From Seison nebaliae (taxonomy: Eukaryota): DNA of 64,000 bases. The notes beneath the pieces were generated by a model that did not search any database, was not told the DNA's origin, and saw only the letters and a list, made by a program, of their open reading frames with translations. The DNA is taken from the NCBI GenBank assembly GCA_023231475.1, contig JALJEE010002922.1:1-64000 (forward strand), in the 5' to 3' direction. The position numbers were made by a program, and so were the translations under genes. Of the stretch, positions 1 through 11,046 are shown in pieces. Positions within the stretch are counted from its first letter, which is position 1. Each line of letters opens with the position of its first letter.

Positions 1-520
1 ACTTGAAAACCTTATACTTAGAGTTCTGTCCGAGAATCAATCAGACATTAAATTTTCAAAAAAGCCGAAAAATTTTGGGTAAAATTCATCGTTGAGAAAA
101 GTTATTTTGTGAATTTTTTAGTTCATCTATTATCAATCAAATTGCATCAAAATCAAAAATTAGTAATGTATAATAAGACCTAAATGTTGAGATTATTTAG
201 AAAAAGATGTTGCCTCCAACCATTTTATTTTTAATAATTTTTCCTTCTCGTCAATTAAAGTTTCCAAAAATTTGACAAACTCTAAATAAAGACTTAGTCC
301 GCCTATAGAGAGATGATAATTAATTTTTATTGCATCTTATAATGAGAAAAGATTGAATTTTTTTTGACGCTATAAGCTTAGTCAATCGACATCAAATTCA
401 ATATTATATTATGGTTGCTTCCTTTTTTTGCTACATTAAAAATAGATAAAAATGAATTATAATTGCAAGAGTATGCATTCTTATTAATGTAAAATTATTA
501 GTTATTAATACTTCATAATA

Positions 521-721
521 TTACGCAACTTTTCAAATAGTTAGAGCTTATTAAGCAATATGCTTCGAATTTTAAACGATAAACATAGCGACGATAATAG
601 TATTCAATTTTAACAGGTATGTTGGCTAAGTTGAGTCATATAATTGATACCAAAGGTTACGAACTAAATATTACCAACATTTGTTACGCAAGATAAGTCA
701 ATAACGTGGGGGGTATAAATA
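521..721 (+). promoter_or_regulatory. Putative proximal promoter of the vWA gene: two C/EBP/PAR-bZIP-like TTACGCAA sites, a GATA site and a TATA box
   Basis: TTACGCAA at 521-528 and 684-691, AGATAAG at 691-697, TATAAATA at 714-721, about 100 nt upstream of ATG 819. Confidence 0.45.
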
Positions 722-818
722 GTTGAAACAAAACATCTTTCTTGGTCATCTAATTATTTGTTATACATTCATATTATTCTTAAATTAAATCATTCGTCAT
801 ATATTTCTCAGTTTCATC

Positions 819-1802
819 ATGTCGATTAGTTTTAAAGAAGTTTCTAAACCCAGCATGTTAATTCATGATGCTACGGTTGTGGATCTCGTATTTGTAATGG
901 ATACTACAGGCAGTATGGGATCATATATTAAGAAGGCTAAGGATTGTGTAAAAGAAATTTGTTCAGAAATTGTGAAGGCTGAAAAATCCGATTTACAATT
1001 AGCTCTTATCGAATATCGAGATTTTCCTCCACAAGATCACACTTTCTCTACTCGAGTTCATGATTTTACTGACAATGTATCTGATATGTATCAATGGTTG
1101 TCAGCGGCATCAGCTAATGGTGGTGGTGATCAAGCTGAATGTGTAGCTACAGCTCTGCACGATATTTTGGGATTGAAATGGCGAGACAATTCAACAAAAT
1201 TGGCCGTATTAATTAGCGATGCACCCCCACATGGTCTGGGCTCTGGTGGTGATGGATTTCCAAATGGTGATCCATCGGGACACGATCCAATTAAAGTAGC
1301 GAAGAAATTAGCACAGGAAGAAATTGTGGTATATGTGGTGGGTTGTGAACCAGCAATTAAACCATTTGAAAAGTTCTTTCATACAATCGCCTATATGACA
1401 GGAGGACAATATTTCCCATTGAAATCGGCAACGTTACTGGGTAAGGTGATTTTGGGAGGTGTTCGAGAAGAATTGGACTTAAATAAACTAATGGACGAAC
1501 TAGAAGAGAATGTAGAAGATGAATTGGAGGATTTGGATTTGGAAGCTGATGAGGAGTTAATTGTCAACCGAGTCCATGACAAAATGCAAAAAAAAGGTCA
1601 TAAATTGAGGAAAGCTAATATGTTGGAAAAGAGTGTTAAAATGACAAAGGATGTATTAAATCTTGAGGACTTCAAAATTAGTGGGGGCGGATATGAATCG
1701 AAGACCACAGATTTCGCGCCTACTAATGAATCTCATGAGATCTCTCAAGAACAAGTGTTTCGAATGGTGAAAAAATACAAATCGAAAAAACAAGGTAAAT
1801 AA
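819..1802 (+). CDS. von Willebrand factor A (MIDAS) domain protein, intronless, 327 aa
   Basis: DLVFVMDTTGSM MIDAS motif, GGGD..E, VLISDAPPHG, typical of vwkA-like stand-alone vWA proteins; single uninterrupted ORF. Confidence 0.85.
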   Translation: MSISFKEVSKPSMLIHDATVVDLVFVMDTTGSMGSYIKKAKDCVKEICSEIVKAEKSDLQLALIEYRDFPPQDHTFSTRVHDFTDNVSDMYQWLSAASANGGGDQAECVATALHDILGLKWRDNSTKLAVLISDAPPHGLGSGGDGFPNGDPSGHDPIKVAKKLAQEEIVVYVVGCEPAIKPFEKFFHTIAYMTGGQYFPLKSATLLGKVILGGVREELDLNKLMDELEENVEDELEDLDLEADEELIVNRVHDKMQKKGHKLRKANMLEKSVKMTKDVLNLEDFKISGGGYESKTTDFAPTNESHEISQEQVFRMVKKYKSKKQGK

Positions 1803-2413
1803 TTTGAGTTTCTGATTTGAAAAATTCATGTTCCAAACACATTTATATTATTTATTATTAATATGTTATCATTTATAATTTTTTTTGTCAATAAAATTTT
1901 TTTCATTATTCTATAACTTCTTCCTTAGGAAATATTAGAACTATATAAATATTAGACTTATTAGAATTTACAATCACTTCAACTATCATAGTATCCAAAA
2001 TTCAACTTTTACTTTACTTATAAGTAAATCTATAGATTTAAACTCTTCTTATTGCTGAGGTATAAATCTAACTTAAAAATCATCTAAGCAATAGTCAATT
2101 GATTTACCAAATTTCCATTTAACCACTTCTAATAAGAAAACCCAATAATTAGGGTAGTACATTCATAACTAAAACATTCGAATACTAGTTGGAATGATAG
2201 ATAATAATGAAATAACGACTTCTATGAAGAAAACGTACTTAAAATTCTTAGTGTTGTTAATTCATTAAAGAGAAAAACAAATAAGAAATTTTGAAAAGTA
2301 AGTTTAATACATTTTGCATTGTATAGAAATATTCGAAATATATTAGTCGATTCCGTCAAAAATTGATCTAATCAATTTATTTTTTAATTTACACCTTATC
2401 AATTCAACTAAAC

Positions 2414-2773
2414 ATGAAAACATTCAAACAAATGATGGCGAGTAAAGAAACAAAAATTAGTTTGGGAGCTGCTTGTGTCGGTTTAGCATCGGGATATCTG
2501 GTGGGGAAGGCGAGCCGATTAGTGACATTGACAGCTGGCGGTTGTGTTCTCATATTTCAAATAATGGAACAGGCCGAAATCATTCCTGATTGGAATAGTG
2601 AAACAGCGACAACTATCGTGTCAGATAAGAAATCAACATTGACACACACTGCTGAATATGCGATGAAAAGTGTAGCTAAATTAAGTGAGATTGATGGGGG
2701 ATCGGAGGAGACTAAACGACATTTGCAGACGTCATTCATTGGAGGAATGCTCCTTGGTTTTGGAATAGCATAA
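2414..2773 (+). CDS. FUNDC1: FUN14 domain-containing mitochondrial outer membrane protein
   Basis: GLASGYLVGKASRLVTLTAGGCVLIFQ...IIPDW and C-terminal FIGGMLLGF match the FUN14 pattern; the FUNDC1/2 label is family-level only. Confidence 0.75.
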   Translation: MKTFKQMMASKETKISLGAACVGLASGYLVGKASRLVTLTAGGCVLIFQIMEQAEIIPDWNSETATTIVSDKKSTLTHTAEYAMKSVAKLSEIDGGSEETKRHLQTSFIGGMLLGFGIA

Positions 2774-3041
2774 AAGAATCATCATGTCAATAATCATATT
2801 TGCAATTAGATTGAATTATGAATTGATCAATAATATTTTTTTCTTGTTAATTTATCATTGTTAAAGAATTATTTCAATTTTCAAAATACAGAGACCAATT
2901 GAACATATTCATCGAATTTCTGTTTTTGTCAAAATTCAGTTTTCTATTTCATTCTCATCACAATCATCTTTCTCCTTCATCTTATTTTGGAAAGGAGAAG
3001 GAATTCTAGATTACAATTCTGTCTTTCATTTTTAGAGGAAA

Positions 3042-4738
3042 ATGTTATTTAAAAAACTACAATCTGCCGGATGGTATTTCAATGAAAATTCTCTCGATTT
3101 AAATGATGAGAATTCAGCGAGAAATTTTTTATTATCTGTTACTCAAATATTTGTCATTGGGAAAGGAAATAAAATTTTATTAGACAGATTTCTGTTCTCA
3201 ACAATTCAATGGTCCTTTGAGTGCTGTGGAGAAGAATGAGAAATTGGAAACGCCATGTGTTGTCCAATTAACTAATATTAGGAATTTGGCATCATCCAAA
3301 ATCGATACATTCACTTTCCATTCTTATAGAAATTCACCACCGTTATGGCGATTGACATTAAGTGATGGAACGACTAAAAGTAGTTTTATTATTATGGATC
3401 AGACGAAATTGAACTCGTTAAATTTCTTAGATTAAATGAATTATAATTAATTTTATAGTAAAGATATGATTCCAGGAACGAAATATTTGTTGAAGAAAGA
3501 AGTGAAGAAGATTCGGAATAATTTCATTTTGAATAAAGATAATTTTGAAGTGGTTGGAGGTGTCGTGCAGAGTTTGAGAGATACGTGGCAAAAAAATTTA
3601 GTTTGTTTTACATTTTAAATTTATTCTATTATTTGTCTTATTAGAAATTGTCAAATATTAAGAGAAAAGACTATGAAAATGATGGAGCTCCAAAATTCGT
3701 ACCATTTCCACTTTATAATAATAATAATAAACAAAATATTAATGAAGTTTCCACTTTGGGAAATCAAAGTGGAAATCATGAAGGGAAGCAAAAGTTTCAA
3801 AATACGTCTCAGACAATCTCAACCAAACAACAAAATAATGAAAATTTCCATAAGAAACAATCAAATACTCCACAACAATTCACCGTTAATGATCATCAAC
3901 GAGAAAATAATAGAAATAAATATTCGAAAAAGAATCAACAATCGAATTATAAAAAATCTGAAAAACAAGATAACAAAAATGAATTTCATCAAAAAAGGCA
4001 ATCACAGCAACAACATTCATATTCACAAAATCAACAAGAACGTTCGTTCGACAAAGGTGAATATCGAGAACAGATGACATTCAATCTCAACGATTATTAT
4101 AAGAATGAGCATCAACAACATACTCAAAACAACTATAATAACAAACAACAACAACATTCTCAAAATAATCATTGGAATCAACAACAACAACAATATTCTT
4201 CTAACAATTTTAAGAATCATCGCCAACAACAACAACAATATTCGAATAACAATTATAAAAATCATCATCAACAACAACAACAATATTCTTCTAACAATTA
4301 TAAACATCATCATCAACAACAACAACAACAATATTCGAATGAGAATTATGAAAAAGAATTTCAACAATTAAGTAATTATAATGATTATCAACAACAACAG
4401 CAGTTTAATAATCGAAATGAAATGAAAAATAATTATAGTAATGACTCAAGAAAATATAAAGAGAATTCTAATGAGAATAAAAGAGGCGGAAAGAATTCTA
4501 AAGGAAATTTCGTTGGAGTAGTCGATACAAATCAAAACATTTCTACTACTTCTCTCTCGAAACAATCGGCTAAACCGGCAACTCGACCGAAGGAAACGGT
4601 AATAGAGAATAATCCAGTAGAAAGTTATGTTCGAGATTTTTATCTATTTTACGTAAAAAGAATTTATCTTCATTTCTACCATTATTATATATCTATTTAT
4701 AGGAAGAATATCGTCGTCGTATGGGATACGTGAAATGA
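3042..4738 (+). CDS. TDRD3: TDRD3-like protein (RMI1_N/OB-fold N-terminus plus Q/N-rich tail); spliced
   Basis: Introns 3138-3183, 3417-3458, 3601-3644 and probably 4653-4702 restore the frame: EKLETPCVVQLTNIRNLA..PLWRLTLSDG..PGTKYLL..VVGGVVQSLRDTW..GAPKFVPFP, matching the TDRD3 N-terminus. Confidence 0.75.
4179..4350 (+). repeat. ~45-bp coding tandem repeat (about 4 units) encoding QQQQQYSxNNxKxHx
   Basis: Visible in the translation of ORF 3648..4733. Confidence 0.85.
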
Positions 4739-5303
4739 AGAGAAAATTATTTTTATTAAACTGATCACTAATAATTTTCTCGTTTTCCTCTTAATCATAT
4801 TTGTCATAAATAATTTGGTTGCTCTATTAATAAAGATGTATTTTGTTGAAATGATTAAATTATAAAGAAACAATAATCATTTTTTCCTAAACAATAATAA
4901 AAGAAAAAAGAGTTTGAAGAAATTAAGAAAATAGGAAATTTTTCATAAGAATTCATTTTCCTCCATTCTCAACGCACACGCGGATACACATTAACAAGAA
5001 AAAGTTGAATATCGACAATTATCAAATCACTTCAGGAAATGTCTAATAAGAAAAAAGTGAGAAGGAAAAGAAAAACGTTCATGTTATTGTATACGTTTCT
5101 TCTTCGGAAATCTTATCCGAAACAAGGCTATTCATGTCTCTGATAAGTATTTTGCACACTAATTTTCTTTTCAAAACTATTTCATATTTCGTAACATTAG
5201 AAAGATATTTTAATTTGTTCGTTTTCTTTTCATTTATCCATCAACCGTTGTTCTCTTTCATGAACGAATTTACTAATTACAAACTAAATTTTTGTTACGG
5301 AAA

Positions 5304-6320
5304 ATGTTAAATTTCGCCAATCGTCAATCGAATTCATCGATATATCGATCGAACGCTAAATCTCCAGTAGGTAATAAAGAGCAATGTCAAATGTTGTTAG
5401 AAGAGATCAATCGACAGATGAAGCGATCGAATGAGTTGTCAACAGAGAAAATTCCTCGTAAAAAAAAGCGAGAGAGACGATCGAAATTAGCAAAAAATTT
5501 GCAGAAATTTATGCTTTTCGATCGATCCACAACAACAACAACAGCAAGTTCACCATTTTTTTTATCAAATTTTCTATCGAATTGACAAATTGATTTATGA
5601 CGATTGAATAATTTTCTAAATAAATAACATCAATCTAATTTCTGGTTGAACGTTCCACTAACTATCCGACCACTCCCTCTTTTCGATTTGTTTGAATTGG
5701 ATCTGACAAAACATAAATATTCTTTCTATTTTTGTGCAATCGATGAGGAAGTCATTCATTTGGGAGAGATAGTCATCGTCGAATTCCTTTCTACTTTTCA
5801 CTCAATGAACTCCATTAATAAAAGGAATTCTTTTCCAACTTCCATCCCTTCCCTCCATCAGATTTTCATATTGTGACAGGAAGCACAAAATGGCATAATG
5901 AGAAATGATTGATTCATCTATTCAGAATCATCAACTTCATTAATTGTTGCAATTGTTTGAAAAGATATTATTATGAAGTAGCTATCTAACACAACTAACT
6001 CGTTCATCCAATCGAGCTATATGTCAACAAAACGATGTCAGTTCACGACTAGAATCCGTATTAGTGAAATTGAACATAATATATTTAATAGACAAAATCG
6101 ACAATAAATAATTCTTTTTTCACCATTTTCAGATGAGAAGAAAATAGAAACATCATTAGAAAACAACGGAACATTTCTACGAATACGTAATCTCACGCCA
6201 TCATCATTCAAATCTCTTAATAAGAATTGTTCATTCATTTCAATCTCAAATGATCCTCATTCTCAACTTCTTACAATGACATCGACATTTACTAATAATA
6301 ATAAAAATAAAAATAATAAA

Positions 6321-6365
<45 letters not shown>

Positions 6366-8879
6366 TTTTCATCATCATCACCATCTTCTTCATCATCATT
6401 ATCGTCATCATCAATATCATCCACTCAAATGATACCGATTGCACCACCCATCGACAATTGTCTCATTAGTCAATTAACTCTCAAGAAATCGGTAACGAAA
6501 CAAGATGAGATTTTAGAGAATTTCAATAAAAACGAACATGAATCATCGAAGATTATACTCAATTTACCACAACTCCATTTTCCCATGATTGAAAAGAAGT
6601 TGCGAACCGTTCTCTTAAACAAGTTGCCGGACGCTCGAATTCAGAAAAATTTCCTTTCACAATTTTCTCTGAAACAAAACAATTCCATCTTCTCGAATGA
6701 GAATGGAACGAATCTCATTCAGAACAAGAAGAAAAGTATTTGGATTCTTTCCAAAGATATTTTACATCTCCAAAATTTCCTATCGAAAAATAACGAAACG
6801 AATAACCGGAATTTAGGCATCTATCATTCCAGATATGATCCAAACAATAAGAATGTCATTTCTACAGCAATTCAAGAATTATTTGAGGTATTAAATTTCG
6901 ATGAGATTGAGAATCAGTTCCAACAGAACTATAATAAAATCGCTCAAAAATATCCTAAATCTATGACATCTTCCAACGAACGAGAGAGTAAAGGAAAGAA
7001 ACTGCCCGGAACAATATTCGATAAACAACGAAGTATTCAAATTAATGTTTTTCTTAAACAATTTAAAAAGTTTAATTAATTAAAAACAATCTCAAATTGA
7101 ATAATTGTTAAATATTTTAAGTAATAATATTAATGAAATTATTCGGAGGATATCGGAAAGTGAAAATAATCAAGTTGGAAGTGGAAATTTGAAAACATTA
7201 TTAAAAATTCTACCGGATCAAAATGAATTGGACACGTTGAATTCTTTTCAAGATATCCTCCATCAATTTGATTTGGCCGAACAGTTCATGGGGAAATTGA
7301 TGCAAATCAGAAAGTCTTTTTTTTCTTCTACATCATTATATTTCAGCGATTCTCGACTGTTCAGTATAAAATTTTTGATAGAATCAACAATAGCGAAAGA
7401 AGAAGTGCCTGTCATGATCGAAGAGCAAATAAAAATGTTGGAACAATTATTAAATATTTTGGAAAAATTAATGAATATTGATACGATTCAAATAATTATG
7501 GTAGCGACTGTAATTGTGTGCAACTATTTGAATCAAGTTCTGTCCGTCTAATATCTTTTTATTATATATTCTTATTTTTCATGTCAAGAATTCGTATAAT
7601 TCAAATGCATTAGCATTTAAATTGAATGCATTAGATCGATTATGTGAAATGAAGTCAAATGATCAGAAGATCCATCTCATATTATTCATTGCTCAAGTCT
7701 TTCCTTCTTTCTTTTTAAAATAATTCTTTCTTTAAGGCATTGATGAAATTGAATGTAAATTTAGATCGAATTGTTGATCAATTAAAAATATGTGATAATT
7801 TTCCGTTGGATTTTATTTTCGGATAATTTACAATAATTAACGGTTCTTTAGTAGCGATTTATCCGAATTCGATTTAGAATTGAAAAATTTCTGTTATGAA
7901 TTTTATCGATTACATGAAATTTATTTATCTGTTCAAAATGAGATACCGAAATCATTAATCGAATTCTATCGAGTTTATTTTTCTTTCTTTTTTTTTTAAT
8001 TTGAAATTTTCAGAAAAACTTTCCAAGAATTAAAGAACTTTTAGTTCTGCGTGAAGAATTCCATAATAAAATTAAGCTGTTCAATGAATATTTATGTGAG
8101 GATAATGATCTCTCACTGAAAGAAGTATCAAAGAATGTGTTTTATATTACGAATTTTATAAGAAGATTGACGAAATCATTGAATGATTATAAAGAGTTTT
8201 GTGGTAGAAAGAAAAAGAGTTTAGATACGATTCGTTCATTATCATTAAATCGAAATAATCAACATCATAATGAGAAAAGATCACTAATGAAATCACCAAG
8301 TGATGTGACATCCTCTTCCTCGTCACCCTCATCCACATCGTCATCAAAAAGACGAATAACTAATCAAAAGACGATTCGTATTCGAGTGCAGGAATTATTT
8401 GAGAACGGAAAAAAAGTTAATGAAAGAAAACCGTTTGAGAAAAGAAATCGAGGTAATTTGATTATAGTTCAAGATGTGAGAAAAGTTGAAAAGAAAAAGA
8501 TTGATTTCCCAATAACAAACTGTTTATCAGAAACTGAATGGAATGAATCAATTCCATCAACACCAACCCAATCAAGTGCAATGACAAAGCCAATGACGCT
8601 CCATCCAATGACAGCAGAGACAGTTCGAGTTAGAGATGATAATGTTGATGATGTAGGAAGTTAGTTTCTGTGTCTCATTTACTAATTTTCCTCATTCCGT
8701 TTCTCATTTTGTTAAAGGAATGACGAGCGACAAGTTGAAGCGTAGCGAATCGGAACATATTGGGAGAATATCAAAAGAATTTATGCAAGCAAATTATTCT
8801 CCACTGAATTGTCGTATAACTGAGCAAAATCGAATGAATTCATCAACTTCATTTCAACAAGAAGAAGAAGAAGAACAGC

Positions 8880-8911
<32 letters not shown>

Positions 8912-11046
8912 AAAGAACAACACATATTTGAACAAGAAGGAGAAGAACAATTGAATTCATATGGAAAAATTTATAATAACAAAACTGATTGTCATTATGA
9001 CATTCGGAAGAATAATTATGAATTTATGAAAAATTCCATATCAGGTGACAACATTATTCAATATGGACAACGATATGAAATGAATGAACGATTGTTGAAT
9101 AATATTAGGAACCACAAATATAATACAGCAACAAAGAAACCGACGATGGATATTGGACCGCCTTCTTTTCGAAAACCTCCAATCGTCGTTAACAGTCGAA
9201 TACGACGAAATAATTCAGAGAGTCAAATGACTCCAATTAGAACGGAAATCCACCGTCAAACTATCAAAACTAATAATAATGTGATGTTATTAAATACTAT
9301 TAATCATCCAATTCATAATACTCATCAAATGACCATCGATTCAAATCCATCTAATGGATCGTATAAACAAACTTGTCAAAATCACTTTCCGATTTCTAAT
9401 AATCAGAACCATTTCCCGATTTCCAATAATCAGAACCATTTCCAGATTTCTAATAATCAGAACCATATACCGATTTCTAATAATTATCATCATATTGGCG
9501 ATCTTGAAAATGTGAATAATAATATTGGAAGAGATGAAAACCAGAAGAATATTACAGGAAATGAGGAGAATGAAAGAAATGGAACTCAAAAGAGAAATAA
9601 TGGAAATGAGGAGAACATTATGAGAAATAATGAGACGAATCATCTAAATAGGAATGAGAATCAAAAGAATCACCCAAATGCGAATGAGAACAATGAAAGA
9701 AATGTTAAAGTAAAAGAGAGGAAACCGATAAGAATTCGAGTAAGGACATATCCGAAAAACTTAAACACATTCTCATTTTCCGATTCGAGAGGTCCAACAA
9801 CAACTTCATCTGTTTCTCAGAATCCACCGAATAGTTTCATTTTTTCTTCAAATTCTTTTTTGTTCATCTCATTCTTTTAGAAGAAACTTTTCGTGACGTA
9901 ATTAAGAAGTTTGAGAATTATTCTACTGGTGAAATAGATTCCGGAGTTTCCAGTGACATGGCACCAACCACAGAACGACGTTCATCTTCTATTCGACGTT
10001 TTATAAGAAAAGAAGAAAATTTAATAAACAAACAATGTCACAAAATGGGAGATGTGGCAACGAGTAAAATTCTGAAAATGAACAATGAATTACTCGATGA
10101 AATTACATCGATCAATGAGAATCAATATCATCAGAAAGCATCTCCTCCAAGAATTCGCCACAAATCTTCGATGCCACCTGGTGCCATCTCGGGAAGTGAG
10201 TCTATTGAATATCATCAACCATCAACTCATGAACAATTTAATAATTCGAATAATTCTTATACGAATTATATGCCTATACAAAATATCGCTTATTATCATC
10301 CACAAGTACATCCTGCTTGTTTGATATCAGCACAACCGATTCCCACTTTGTTTCCCACTCCACAAATTACACAACAATCATTAATTCAGCCATTATCTTA
10401 CCAACCGAATCCCATCACTTGTGAACAGAGAAGAACAGATGGAACATTCCAATTATTAGAGAATCAGAAACGAAATGAGAAAACGATTACATCGATTAAA
10501 AATCATAAATTTCCATGGGAAATTGGTCAAGACGTTTATTCTCTTCACAAACTGAAGAAAGAACAGAAAGTCATTGACAGATGTCAATATGAAATGTCGA
10601 GAAATTATCGAAGAAATAAGAAGCGTTCGAAAACTCTCACCAATATCAAACCATCATTATTTTGTTACAACAATTCCCATACGAAGCCGTCACATCATTC
10701 AACATCGTCGTCGTCTGCATCCGCTTCCACATCATCATCATCATCGTCAGGAAACGGATCACCAATTTACAAAAGTAATTTAATTAAAAGAGATCGTAGT
10801 GGTAAACCGTCAAGGAGACCATCCGTTCCAAAACGAATACCATCTCCATCAGTTCAGGATGATACGATCGAAATTATCGATAAGATTTTGAATACGAAAC
10901 GAAATGAAATGAAATGTAGAAGTGCCACAAGAGCAACAAGATTCGTTTCTGATGATTCATCGTCATGCATCAAATCCACACCGGCAACTATGTTACATAA
11001 GCGATCATTCACCGAATGTCGTTATCAGCTTCCTTGTGAAGAATGA
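5304..11046 (+). CDS. Formin (FH2 domain, INF2/FHDC1-like) with a long low-complexity C-terminus; spliced, 5' exon tentative
   Basis: KSIW..LNFDEIENQF..IFDKQRSIQINVFLKQFK..LKTLLKILPDQNE..AEQF..NYLNQNSYNSNALAFKLNALDRLCEMKSND. Introns 7070-7121, 7314-7346, 7537-7588, 7697-7736, 7805-7851, 7973-8013, 8660-8717, 9834-9880 keep the frame; tentative first intron 5548-6132. Confidence 0.8.
6321..6365 (+). repeat. (AAT)15 microsatellite encoding poly-Asn in the formin
   Basis: Seen directly. Confidence 0.9.
9377..9484 (+). repeat. 27-bp coding tandem repeat x4 (QNHFPISNN)
   Basis: Seen directly in ORF 8720..9880. Confidence 0.9.

Noticed and set aside
3673..4371. Alternative-frame and antisense ORFs rich in I/N/L over the TDRD3 tail (and similar ones over the formin, UPF3, NSF and 56974 ORFs)
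   Set aside because: Shadow ORFs produced by CAA/AAT repeats and codon bias of the real gene
9377..9484. 27-bp repeats considered as a CRISPR-like array
   Set aside because: Contiguous in-frame coding repeats with no spacers, no cas genes, and a eukaryotic context
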